From NCBI GenBank assembly GCA_965215365.1, contig CBDCDS010000003.1, positions 1,664,001 to 1,728,000 of the forward strand: a stretch of DNA of 64,000 nucleotides. Reading direction: 5' to 3'. The stretch is from Gammaproteobacteria bacterium. GTDB taxonomy: Bacteria > Pseudomonadota > Gammaproteobacteria > Eutrophobiales > Eutrophobiaceae. Every line of letters begins with the position of its first letter. Position 1 is the first letter of the stretch. The notes beneath the pieces were generated by a model, which was not told the origin of the DNA, ran no database searches, and saw only the letters and a list, made by a program, of their open reading frames with translations. Positions 52,979 to 62,582 of this stretch are shown one piece after another. The translations under genes were made by a program, and so were the position numbers.

Positions 52979-55043
52979 ATCTCGACTGGTAAGAATGACT
53001 GTTCAGCACCGGCAACGCGCCCAGGTCGATCGGGCCTTCCCGTACCAACCGCTGCTGACGGGTTTTTAGCCCCTGGCGGTGGCGCGCATACACGCCCAGC
53101 GCCCACAGCGGGAAATAGTGGCTGTAGCCGTGATAGCGCAAATAGAACACCCGCGGAAAGCCGGTGCCGGTAAAAGCCTGTTCCTGCCAGCCCTTGGCGT
53201 TGTCGAAATTACGCGTCAGGTAATGGATGCCTTGTACCACTGCTGCTGATTCAGCCTCGCCCATTGCCATCAGTCCCAGTAGCGCCCAAGCCGTTTGCGA
53301 GGGCGTACTGTCTCCCGAGCCGCCCAGCGTGGCGTCGTCATAGCTGTCACAGCGCTCACCCCAGCCACCATCACTGTTCTGGATGGCCTGTAACCAGTTT
53401 ACGGTCTTGCGCAGGTAAGGTTGCTTCGGGTCCTCGCCCAGCGCACCCAGGGCCACCAGCACTGCCCAGGTGCCGTAGATATAGTTGACGCCCCAGCGCC
53501 CGAACCAGGCGCCGCAGGGTTCCTGGTCGCGTTGCAGGAATTCGAGGCCGCGGGCGATGGGCGGGAAGGTCTTGTCATAGCCGAGCATGGCCAGCATTTC
53601 AATGCAGCGCCCGGTCAGGTCGGCGGTGCTGGGGTCAACCAGCGCGCCGTGGTCTGCAAACGGGATATTATTCAGATACTCATAATGGTTGTCGATATCG
53701 AACGCGCCCCAACCGCCGTCGCGGTTCTGCATGCCGATAGTCCAGTTCACCGCCTGGGCAATGCGCTTTTTGCGGTCGGGGTTACGGTGGGCGCCGGCGC
53801 GCAGCAGTGCCATGACTACCATGCTGGTGTCATCGACATCCGGGTAGAAATCATTTTCAAACTGGAACGCCCAGCCGCCGCCTTCCAGGTCCGGCGCCTT
53901 GCTGATCCAGTCGCCACGGGTAAATACCTGCTTGTCAAACAGCCAGTCCACGGCCGGTTTCACCGCCTTGTGGTCCGTGTTGAGGCCGGCTTCGGACAGG
54001 GCCGACAGGCTCAGGCAGGTGTCCCAGATGGGAGAGACACAGGGCTGCACATAGGTCTGTACTGCGTCTTCAATAACCAGATCTTCTATGGCCTGTACGC
54101 CGCGTTGCAGGTCCGGGTCGTTCAGGTCACAGCCGAGCAGTTTGAGCGCGTAAACCGCATTGGCCATGGCCGGGAAAATTGCGCCGATGCCGCCCTCGCC
54201 ACGCATGTGTGCCCGCATCCAGGTTTCCAGCCGGCGCATGGACAGCCGTCGGATAAAGCCCGGCACCAGCGGTTCCAGCAGTTTGAACAGGCGGTCGAAG
54301 AGGATGAATGTATTCTTGACGTGGTTGCCGGGGCTGAATTGATCGATATGTTTCAGCGTGTCCGGGTCTTTGTTGAACAATTCCCTGAGGTTCGTGCCGT
54401 GATGCACCGGCCGCTGTGAGAAGATCAGCAACAGCGGGATGATCACGCAACGTGACCAGTAGGACACCTTGTCCAGGTTGAACACCCACCAGCGCGGCAG
54501 CCAGACAATCTCCGCCAGCATGGCCGGCACGGTGCGCCAGGGCAGCTGGCCGAAGGTGGCCAGCAGGATGCGGGTGAACACGTTCACCCGCTCGGCGCCG
54601 CCGTTATTACGCACCCAGACACACGCCCGTTGCAGGGCATCTTCAGCGGGTTCATGGCCGACTGTTTTCAACGCGAAGTAGGCCTTGACGGTGGCGCTGA
54701 TATTACCGGCGCCGCCTTCGTACAAGGGCCAGCTGCCGTCGGGCAGTTGCCGGCTGAGAATATAATCGGCCAGCCGCCGCTCGCGCGCCGGGTCCACCGT
54801 GTCGAGCAGGTGCTGCAGCAAAATATATTCCGCGGGGATAGTAGTATCCGCCTCCAGGTCAAAGCGCCAGTAACCGGCCTCAGACTGGCGTTGCAGCAAT
54901 GCCGTGCCAGACTGCAGCAGCGTTGCAGCCACCGGCTCGCGGGGTAGGGCCGGGACCTCGGCCTCCTCCCGTTGCAGGAGACGAGTTGCAAACAATTCTC
55001 CAAGCGCGGGTGAAGTGACAGTTGCCGTAAGTTGTTGAGACAT
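52968..55043 (-). CDS. shc: Squalene-hopene cyclase
   Basis: DXDD motif (PDVDDT), QW repeats, GRWGVNYIYGT, GTGFPRVFYLRY. Confidence 0.96.
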   Translation of the reverse strand: MSQQLTATVTSPALGELFATRLLQREEAEVPALPREPVAATLLQSGTALLQRQSEAGYWRFDLEADTTIPAEYILLQHLLDTVDPARERRLADYILSRQLPDGSWPLYEGGAGNISATVKAYFALKTVGHEPAEDALQRACVWVRNNGGAERVNVFTRILLATFGQLPWRTVPAMLAEIVWLPRWWVFNLDKVSYWSRCVIIPLLLIFSQRPVHHGTNLRELFNKDPDTLKHIDQFSPGNHVKNTFILFDRLFKLLEPLVPGFIRRLSMRRLETWMRAHMRGEGGIGAIFPAMANAVYALKLLGCDLNDPDLQRGVQAIEDLVIEDAVQTYVQPCVSPIWDTCLSLSALSEAGLNTDHKAVKPAVDWLFDKQVFTRGDWISKAPDLEGGGWAFQFENDFYPDVDDTSMVVMALLRAGAHRNPDRKKRIAQAVNWTIGMQNRDGGWGAFDIDNHYEYLNNIPFADHGALVDPSTADLTGRCIEMLAMLGYDKTFPPIARGLEFLQRDQEPCGAWFGRWGVNYIYGTWAVLVALGALGEDPKQPYLRKTVNWLQAIQNSDGGWGERCDSYDDATLGGSGDSTPSQTAWALLGLMAMGEAESAAVVQGIHYLTRNFDNAKGWQEQAFTGTGFPRVFYLRYHGYSHYFPLWALGVYARHRQGLKTRQQRLVREGPIDLGALPVLNSHSYQSRFAS

Positions 55044-55264
55044 GATTCCTGCTTTGGGAGGATGCTAAACGGCCGATTCTAATTTATCCTGTTAAGTTTG
55101 CAAGTGATTTTTTGTTGTGCAAAATTCGCCTTGCGTCCGGCGTTATTCGTGGTTACACTCTGTAATCAGATTGGAGGCGCCGTTTTATGCCGCGCCCTCG
55201 ACCGATAACGGCTGCCGTGGTAGCTCTCAGTAGCAAGGCGCTTTATGGAACAACCGGATACCCC

Positions 55265-55729
55265 ATGGAGGTCAACCACATGGAAACAACGATGAACGAG
55301 CTGCTCCCCGACAAAGCCGCCGCCACTGCCGGCGCCCCGCAACCGGACGCTGCGCCCCGCACCACGCCTCGCACAGGTCGTTCGGGCGATGATGTAGTGC
55401 GCTGGGCTGAGTTCCGACTGGCGGTGTGGGCAGGGGCCTTTGCTCTGACTGTCCTTATCAGCAGCCAGGGTTTGTTGTACTCGGCCATTCTGAGCTTGAA
55501 AGACGACATGGGTATCCTGCGCGCAGAAATTGGTGTCTTGCGTGCAGACATGCAAACACAGTTTGGCGAGATGCGCGCAGATATGCAAACACAGTTTGGC
55601 CAACTGCGTGCAGATATGCAGCAACAGTTCGGCGAACTGCGTGCAGAAGTACAAGAACTGCGCGAGCGCATAGTCAGGATAGATGCCCACCTGGGCATAG
55701 GTAGCGCTGCTGCAGATAAGGGCAACTGA
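55265..55729 (+). CDS. TM plus 11-residue-repeat coiled-coil protein
   Basis: RADMQTQFGEM/RADMQTQFGQL/RADMQQQFGEL (33-bp repeats about 55540-55645); start uncertain. Confidence 0.7.
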   Translation: MEVNHMETTMNELLPDKAAATAGAPQPDAAPRTTPRTGRSGDDVVRWAEFRLAVWAGAFALTVLISSQGLLYSAILSLKDDMGILRAEIGVLRADMQTQFGEMRADMQTQFGQLRADMQQQFGELRAEVQELRERIVRIDAHLGIGSAAADKGN

Positions 55730-55978
55730 CCGATCAAGGTGCTTTCCAATACTGGAATAAGTCCGAAGCAGAGAGGCTCTGCCCCGGTCTCAAGCTCGTA
55801 GTGTATGCCGGGGGGCTGGGCCTGTCGGCCTGCGGCCAATGCTTGACTATATCCGGCAATGTCGTATGTTTGTTGCGCGACATTCAAGCGGCAGGCATCA
55901 GCTGAGCATTAACCGGGCACCCGCCGTGACACCTGCTCCGACTATCCCCGAAATCAAGACACTCAGGTAACACTACCC

Positions 55979-56740
55979 ATGCTGGCAGTTGCAACAACCA
56001 ACCCCATAGACATCCGGCGCGAGCAGGTATTTTTGCTGTTGGCCGGATTTTTTCTGTGTGCTATGACCTTGCTCAATGTGATCGGCATCACTCGCTTCGT
56101 GGAGCTGGGGCCGCTGTCCCTGGCGGTGGGGGTGTTGCCTTATCCGTTGACATTCCTGTGCACCGATCTGGTGAGTGAGCTGTACGGAAAACGCCGCGCC
56201 ACGTTCCTGGTGACGGTGGGTCTGCTCCTGAATATCTTCATTATTGTTGTACTCACTGTCGCTAACTACCTGCCGTCAGTCAGACCCGACACCATGCCGC
56301 CGTGGCAGCTGCTGGAACTGGCGCAAGATGTAACCCTGCCCAGCGGTCAACTGGTGTCTGGCTCCGTCGAGCTGTTCCAACTGATCTATGCCTGTACTAC
56401 CGGGTCGGTGCTGGCATCCATGCTGGCCTACGTGGCGGCGCAGTACTGCGATGTGTACCTGTTCCATTTCTGGAAGCGCCTGACCAAGGGCCGCCACCTG
56501 TGGCTGCGCAACAACTGCAGCACGCTGATCAGTCAGGGAGTGGACTCATTTACGGTAGTCAGCATCACCTTCGGCGCCACCTTTCTGGCCGGCGCTATTT
56601 CGCTGAAGCAGTTACTGCTGCTGATGGGCAGCAACTACCTGTTCAAGATGCTGGTGACGCTATTTGACACCATCCCGCTGTATATCCTGGTGCATTACCT
56701 CAGACGTTACCTTGACTTGGAGGATGATTTGCAGGGGTGA
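55979..56740 (+). CDS. Queuosine precursor transporter (YhhQ/VUT family)
   Basis: YPLTFLCTDLVSELYG, AQYCDV, LWLRNNCSTLISQGVDS, DTIP. Confidence 0.88.
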   Translation: MLAVATTNPIDIRREQVFLLLAGFFLCAMTLLNVIGITRFVELGPLSLAVGVLPYPLTFLCTDLVSELYGKRRATFLVTVGLLLNIFIIVVLTVANYLPSVRPDTMPPWQLLELAQDVTLPSGQLVSGSVELFQLIYACTTGSVLASMLAYVAAQYCDVYLFHFWKRLTKGRHLWLRNNCSTLISQGVDSFTVVSITFGATFLAGAISLKQLLLLMGSNYLFKMLVTLFDTIPLYILVHYLRRYLDLEDDLQG

Positions 56741-56750
56741 GATCTGCGGG

Positions 56751-57455
56751 TTAGCGTTCCAACTGCCCCAGGTTGGCCTGCACAACGGCACCGTTCATAA
56801 CCGGATGGGTAGCACAGAAATACAGGGTTTCGGCAATTTCCACCGGGTCAATCAGGCGCCCCATGGTGGTTTTTTGCGCCAGCTCGGCCAGGGCCGCAGC
56901 GTTGTGAGCGGCCAGCTTGCGTAACATGTCCGTTTCGGTGAGGCCCGGACAAATACAGGCAGTATGAATGCCGCTGCCGGCCAGGTCCTGGCAGGTGGCG
57001 CGCATCAGTCCTGCGAGGGCGTGTTTGGAGACGCTGTATGAACAGGTATTGGCCACCGCTTTTACGCTCAACGTCGAGCCGACATAGAGCACGGCGGAGC
57101 CCGGTTCCATCAACGGCAACAGCAGCCGGTTCAACTGCACCGGCGCGACCAGATTGATTTGCAATACCTGTCGCAACGCCGCTGCGGTCAGGTCCGAGGC
57201 CGAGTCTGTGTCCAGCAGCGCCGCGTTGTGAACCAGGACGATAGGTTGTTGATGCGGGATGAGCGCGTGTAACTCTGCCGCGGCGGCCTGGTCCCAGTCC
57301 GGTTCACTCAGGTCAACCGTCAGGTTCACCACGTCCTCCGGCGGCGCTGGAGAGCGGGAAAGGTTAATGATTCGGTAACCCTGTTCCCGAAACAGTTCAG
57401 TCGCCGCCAGACCAATCCCCTTGCTGCCGCCGGTAATAATCAAATTTTTTGTCAT
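56751..57455 (-). CDS. Short-chain dehydrogenase/reductase
   Basis: TGGSKGIG, HNAA, YSVSK, CPGLTETDM. Confidence 0.92.
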   Translation of the reverse strand: MTKNLIITGGSKGIGLAATELFREQGYRIINLSRSPAPPEDVVNLTVDLSEPDWDQAAAAELHALIPHQQPIVLVHNAALLDTDSASDLTAAALRQVLQINLVAPVQLNRLLLPLMEPGSAVLYVGSTLSVKAVANTCSYSVSKHALAGLMRATCQDLAGSGIHTACICPGLTETDMLRKLAAHNAAALAELAQKTTMGRLIDPVEIAETLYFCATHPVMNGAVVQANLGQLER

Positions 57456-57489
57456 ATTCTAACCCGCATATCTCACCAGGTCGCTTCAA

Positions 57490-57640
57490 GGGCACCTCTA
57501 AAAATTAGAGGTGCCCGTGCAGCATAAGGACATGCTGCCATTTTTAAGCACGTAAGTGCTTGAAAATGAAGGAAATGAAAAATCATACTTTTTCATTTCC
57601 GTCTCTAAAAATACCACGGAGGGTATTTTTAGAGGTTACC
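57490..57640. mobile_element. 151-bp MITE with TCAA duplication
   Basis: TCAA|GGGCACCTCTA...TAGAGGTTACC|TCAA. Confidence 0.9.
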
Positions 57641-58141
57641 TCAAGACTTTCCACCCTCTGCAGTCCAACTGGCCGAGCCCCATTGTCCCGGCCCTGAAGA
57701 TACCTTAAGAACGATTGCGCTGACGGTATCGGCGACAAAAAATGCGTTATCCTCCACCAGACGGGATAACAGGTAATGTGCGTACTCTTCCACCGTGGTG
57801 TTGCGTAACGGCAGCAGTTTCGTATCCTTCCCGGCGAAATACAAGGTCTCGTCATTGAAGTTGACCACGTACCGTCCGTCATTCTCAACGATCTTCAGGT
57901 ATGGGGAATGCGCCGGCAGCAAGGTGTATTCATCCAGTTCCCGGCATAACGCCCTGAGGCGGGATTTCAACCCGGTGTAGTTGAAACACATCCCGTTCTC
58001 ATCCACCGGCGCGGTCACGGCCACGCGCACCCCGAAGTTGTGACCATGCAGACGTTCACGTTCGGTGGCCGAGAAGATGGTGAAATGGGCGGCGGAAAAC
58101 TTCAGGTCTTCCTTGCTGATTTCAATGGTGGTAATACTCAT
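57641..58141 (-). CDS. 6-pyruvoyl-tetrahydropterin synthase family protein (PTPS-III-type motif)
   Basis: FSAAH, ERLHGHN, TTVEE; no Cys before HGH. Confidence 0.85.
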   Translation of the reverse strand: MSITTIEISKEDLKFSAAHFTIFSATERERLHGHNFGVRVAVTAPVDENGMCFNYTGLKSRLRALCRELDEYTLLPAHSPYLKIVENDGRYVVNFNDETLYFAGKDTKLLPLRNTTVEEYAHYLLSRLVEDNAFFVADTVSAIVLKVSSGPGQWGSASWTAEGGKS

Positions 58142-58332
58142 CCTGCGCGGTTTCGTAACGGTTTGCCGGTTGCTCGTGGTAATACAAGCTGAAAATTAAA
58201 GGTTGCCACACTCCTTATACCACACCTTGCCGTCCGATATACGGTAATATGGTGCTATGCTGCACGGGTGCCTCGTGTTTGTGAGAGGTGCCCGTGTGGT
58301 GATAACTCACTATTCCGGTAGATAAAACGGTA

Positions 58333-59418
58333 ATGACTGTATCTGTAACCCCCAAAGTCGGGGTGATATTCAAATCCTACGAACCGTTGGCGTCCATGCA
58401 GGCGTACGCGCGCCAGACTGAACAATCCGACCTGATGGGTGGGTTCTGGATTGCCGAGGCCTACCACTGGTTCCGCCAGTACGGGCTGGAAGCGCGCGGT
58501 TGCTTCACCACGCTGGCCGCAGTGAGCATGGCGACTGCCAAAATACCCGTCGGGCTTGGCATCACGTCGCCATATATGCGCCATCCCACCATACAGGCGT
58601 CTGAGGCCGCGGCCATAGACGAGCTGTCCGGTGGACGTTTCATCATGGGCATCGGCGTGGGCAAGGTAGGTATTGAGTACCTGGAATACGACATCGAAAA
58701 ACTGCGGCCGGTAGGTGTCCACCGCGAGTCCATCGAGATCATGCGCAAGGTGTTTGCCGGAGAAGCCTACCAGTACCAGGGGAAATATTTCGAGTCATCC
58801 ATGCCGGCGTTTGACCGCACCGGCGCCGGTCTGCGCACTGAAATACCGATCTATGTGGGCGCTACCGGGCCGTTCATGCAAAAGCTCAGCGGTAGTGACA
58901 GCGACGGCATGTTGCTGGCGGGTTTGACGTCGCCGGCATTCGTCAAATATGCCCGCGCCAACATGGCGGCCGGTGCCGAAAAGGCCGGGCGCGCGCTGCC
59001 GTCGGACTTTCCGGTGGGCGGCGTAATCCTGTGCGCCTGTTCCCGCGACGGTGACAGGGCGCGCGCCGCCACCCGCCCCTATACGGGCACCTACGTGGTC
59101 AACAAGATCAGGAATATCAAGAATGACGTGATTCTGGCCGGTTCGGGTCTGCCGGATTCCGCCTGGGAGCCGTTTCGCCAGGCCATCGCAGACGGCACTC
59201 AGGACAAAGTCGCCCGGTACGTAACCGACGAGATGATGCGCAAGTTCACCGTGATCTCCGGTACGCCGGAAGACTGTCTGGAGATCACTCAGGAACTGGT
59301 GGATGCGGGCTTGAACCTGCCGTTGCTGGAGGTGGTCGGTGCCAGCGAAGCCGATAATCTGGAGACCATCCGCCTCATGGGCGAGGAGGTCGTGCCCGGA
59401 CTGAGGCCGGCGGCATGA
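58333..59418 (+). CDS. Luciferase-like (LLM) flavin/F420-dependent oxidoreductase
   Basis: WIAEAYH, GITSPYMRHP, DELSGGRFIMGIGVG, IPIYVGATGP. Confidence 0.9.
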   Translation: MTVSVTPKVGVIFKSYEPLASMQAYARQTEQSDLMGGFWIAEAYHWFRQYGLEARGCFTTLAAVSMATAKIPVGLGITSPYMRHPTIQASEAAAIDELSGGRFIMGIGVGKVGIEYLEYDIEKLRPVGVHRESIEIMRKVFAGEAYQYQGKYFESSMPAFDRTGAGLRTEIPIYVGATGPFMQKLSGSDSDGMLLAGLTSPAFVKYARANMAAGAEKAGRALPSDFPVGGVILCACSRDGDRARAATRPYTGTYVVNKIRNIKNDVILAGSGLPDSAWEPFRQAIADGTQDKVARYVTDEMMRKFTVISGTPEDCLEITQELVDAGLNLPLLEVVGASEADNLETIRLMGEEVVPGLRPAA

Positions 59419-59450
59419 TGACTTAAAATTGAGCATGGACGGAAAAAACC

Positions 59451-60368
59451 ATGAAATTAGCAACATTTGACATCAACCGCAGTGGCAAGCGCACCATAGG
59501 TGTGCACCATAACGGCGCCTACGTGGATCTGGTTGCCCGCTCCGGCGGTACGTTGCCGGCGGACATGATCGAGTTTCTCCAGGGTGGCCCGGTGCTTATG
59601 GAGCAGGCCCGCAGCCTGTTGGACGGGGTCGAAGGTGGCACCGACCAGCACGTTTACGCAGAAGATGAAATAACTCTGCAATCGCCGCTGCCGTTGCCCG
59701 GCAAGATCGTGCATACCTCCTGCAATTTCGGTTCTCATCTGCAGGAGCTGACCACCTGGAAAGACCCGGTATGGGAGTCCCATAACTGGGGTGATTTCCA
59801 CTTCGAACACCCCACCGGCTTTTTGGAAGCGCCCTCATCCGTGGTGCCCAGCGGCGCAGCGGTTGAGATACCGGTATTCACCCGGCAACTGGACTACGAG
59901 ATCGAGATCGCTATCATCATCGGCAAGGAGGCTTACCGGGTCGGGGTCGAGGAAGCGTTTGATTACGTGGCAGGTTATACCATCTTCAACGACTTGTCCG
60001 CCCGTGACATACAGGCGCGCGAGCATTCCAACAAGGTGATCCTGATGGGCAAGAGTTTCAAAGGCTCCTGCCCGCTGGGGCCGTGGCTGGTCACCCTCGA
60101 CGAACTGGACGACCCCCACGACCTGGATATGCAACTGCGCGTCAACGGCGAGGTGCGCCAGGATGCCAATACCGGGCAAATGCACTATAAGACCGCAGAA
60201 CTGGTCTCCTGGTGGTCGCACATGGGCCTGTACCCGGGCGACGTTATCACCAGCGGTTCGCCACCGGGCGTGGCCGCCGGCATGGCTGAATCCAAGTGGT
60301 TGCAAGCGGGCGACACGGTGGCTGCAACCATCGCCAGGCTGGGGACACTGACTACCCGCATCATCTGA
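59451..60368 (+). CDS. Fumarylacetoacetate hydrolase family protein
   Basis: LDYEIEIAIIIG, NDLSARD, GKSF, PGDVITSGSPPGV. Confidence 0.92.
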   Translation: MKLATFDINRSGKRTIGVHHNGAYVDLVARSGGTLPADMIEFLQGGPVLMEQARSLLDGVEGGTDQHVYAEDEITLQSPLPLPGKIVHTSCNFGSHLQELTTWKDPVWESHNWGDFHFEHPTGFLEAPSSVVPSGAAVEIPVFTRQLDYEIEIAIIIGKEAYRVGVEEAFDYVAGYTIFNDLSARDIQAREHSNKVILMGKSFKGSCPLGPWLVTLDELDDPHDLDMQLRVNGEVRQDANTGQMHYKTAELVSWWSHMGLYPGDVITSGSPPGVAAGMAESKWLQAGDTVAATIARLGTLTTRII

Positions 60369-60389
60369 TCTGTAAAGAAGGCATGAACA

Positions 60390-61676
60390 ATGAATACTGA
60401 AGTGAACAAGGCGCTGCCGGCCAAGGCCATAGCCAAAGCTATCGACCATATAGACCGCCAGCGTCTGGTAAAACTCGTTATGGACCTGGTGGACATCCCC
60501 AGTCCTACCGGTGAAGAGGAAGGTGTTGCCCGTGCCCTGCACGAGATTTTCGGCACGGCAGGTTTTGACTCCACGCTGCAACCCATCGGTGATGATCGCT
60601 ACAACGCCATCGCTCGCCTGCAAGGGGAGGGTGGCGGCAAATCCCTGATGTTCAACGGCCACTTGGATACCTCGTTTGGGCCGGAACAGGCGCATCGCGG
60701 TATCGGCTACCAGTGTAAGGCGACACTGGTCGATAACGAATGGATCTACGGCATGGGTTCGTTCAACATGAAGAGCGCCATGGGCACCTATATCGTCGCC
60801 ACGGAAGCGATCCGCAAGGCCGGTATCAAACTTGCTGGCGATGTGGTCATCGCCGGGGTCGCCGGTGAAATTGAAAAAGCGCCGGTGAATGACTTCGAGG
60901 GGCGGCAGTACCAGGGTTACGGCGTTGGCACCAAATTCGCAATCACCCACGGCGCAGTGGCTGATTTCTGCATCCTGGGCGAGCCCACCAACATGATGCT
61001 GATCCCGCGCCACTGCGGCACCACCTGGCTCAAGCTCACCGTGCCGGGCCGCCTGATCCATACCGCCTGGTCGAAGACGGAGACCAACGCCATCAACAAG
61101 GCGCGCAAGGTCTTAGAGGCCATCCATGACTGGATCCCCGGCTACTGCGAGCGCAATCAGGTGGACGATTTCCAGCCGCGGGTGAACGTCTCCGCCATCG
61201 AAGGCGGCTGGCCCTGGCGCGGCGCCAGAACCCCGGATAACTGCTGCATCTACATGGATGTCAGGACTGTTCCGGGCGTGATGCCAGTGCAGGTCTATAA
61301 CGAAGTACGCGCAGTTATTGCCGGGGTTGTCGAGGCCAATGAAGAATTGGCCGGCACCAAGGTGGAGATCTTCCTGTCCGCGCCCGGCACCTCCATCCCC
61401 GACGACCACGAACTGGTGCAGACTGTCATTCGCGCGCACACCGACCAGTTGGGACAGCCGCCGCAAATGGGCATGGAAACCTGGTACAGCGATGCCGCGC
61501 ACATGAATCGCTACGGCATACCCACGGTAAATTACGGCTCCGCCGGCCGCATCCGCACCACCGGCAGCGGCGGTTTCTCCACCGCCCAAGGCGAAGCAGT
61601 CCACATCGGCGACATGCTGGATATTATCAGAGTGTACATCCAGGCCATCCTGACGATCTGCGGCGTCGCGGAGTGA
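60390..61676 (+). CDS. M20/ArgE-like amidohydrolase with atypical metal ligands
   Basis: DIPSPTGEE, FNGHLDT, YGMGSFNMKS, GEIE, GEPT, SDA. Confidence 0.85.
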   Translation: MNTEVNKALPAKAIAKAIDHIDRQRLVKLVMDLVDIPSPTGEEEGVARALHEIFGTAGFDSTLQPIGDDRYNAIARLQGEGGGKSLMFNGHLDTSFGPEQAHRGIGYQCKATLVDNEWIYGMGSFNMKSAMGTYIVATEAIRKAGIKLAGDVVIAGVAGEIEKAPVNDFEGRQYQGYGVGTKFAITHGAVADFCILGEPTNMMLIPRHCGTTWLKLTVPGRLIHTAWSKTETNAINKARKVLEAIHDWIPGYCERNQVDDFQPRVNVSAIEGGWPWRGARTPDNCCIYMDVRTVPGVMPVQVYNEVRAVIAGVVEANEELAGTKVEIFLSAPGTSIPDDHELVQTVIRAHTDQLGQPPQMGMETWYSDAAHMNRYGIPTVNYGSAGRIRTTGSGGFSTAQGEAVHIGDMLDIIRVYIQAILTICGVAE

Positions 61677-61792
61677 TAGAGGAACCCGTGTGCTGGCGAA
61701 GACGGGTGTGCCACCCAGAATAGCCGGATTTCTGTCTATTACGGCATCAGGTCACCTCTAATTAATAGAGGTGACCTGTACATAACTGTCTT

Positions 61793-62095
61793 CTATTTTG
61801 ATGCTGCTGAAACTTCTCTCAAAATCCTTTGCGTCGATTCACGATCTTCGATCTCAAGATAGTCTTTGATCGCAGTAATCCCAATTGCTATTTCAGATAT
61901 AGCATCCTTCTGCCATTTCATCTGTTTATCTACGTCGCCGAATCGTTTATCTACGTCGCCGAATCGTTTATCTACGTCGTCGAATCGTTTATCTATGTCA
62001 TCGAATCGTTTATCTACGTCGTCGAATCGCCTATTGATTTGTTGCATTGCTTGTTGAAACTCTGCTTTTGTCAGTGCTTCGTTTGATGTTGACAT
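61793..62095 (-). CDS. Small coiled-coil protein with heptad tandem repeat
   Basis: RF(D/G)D(V/I)DK x5; GAGG RBS. Confidence 0.7.
   Translation of the reverse strand: MSTSNEALTKAEFQQAMQQINRRFDDVDKRFDDIDKRFDDVDKRFGDVDKRFGDVDKQMKWQKDAISEIAIGITAIKDYLEIEDRESTQRILREVSAASK
61925..62029. repeat. 21-bp tandem repeat x5
   Basis: tttatctacgtcg(c/t)cgaatcg units without spacers. Confidence 0.9.
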
Positions 62096-62117
62096 GTCTC
62101 ATACCTCTTTTGGTTAC

Positions 62118-62379
62118 TTACCGCCTTTTCGGTGGCGCAAGCAAAGCCCACGCGATCAATTCGTTATGATCCAGTTCCAAGTAACGCTTATCATCAAAAG
62201 TCCTGTCGCAGCCCTGACACATCATACCGTTTTGCTCAAGCAGAAAGTCACACATAGCCTTAGGCTTGAGTAAAAGGGGGGTCGGTGGCAATCAAGTCAA
62301 CCGACTCGGAGTTCATGGCGCGCATGAAATCCAGATTGTCTCCATGAAACAGCGTCCGATTTTTGAAGTTGGCATCCAT
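62118..62379 (-). pseudogene. DNA methyltransferase-HNH fusion relic, middle deleted
   Basis: MDANFKNRTLFHGDNLDFMRAMNSESVDLIATDPPF then out-of-frame MCQGCDRTFDDKRYLELDH. Confidence 0.75.
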
Positions 62380-62582
62380 GCTACAATGCTACTGTACGAT
62401 TAAAGGAATCTCAATTTTTCTTTGGTAGCTCAAACAAACCCGGAACCAAAATGATAAGTGTCAACAAATGAACAAATCAAACCTCAGCAACACCTTACTG
62501 AAATTCATAATGGATAACATCAATAAAGAAAACTTTCCAGGTCTTGGTTTTCACTGTTCAAATCAGCTCATCCTGTACATCC

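Noticed and set aside
55900-55980. preQ1 riboswitch upstream of the YhhQ-like gene
   Set aside because: No recognisable stem-loop plus A-rich tail.
61925-62029. Possible CRISPR array
   Set aside because: 21-bp units are contiguous with no unique spacers, encode in-frame heptads, and no cas genes are present.
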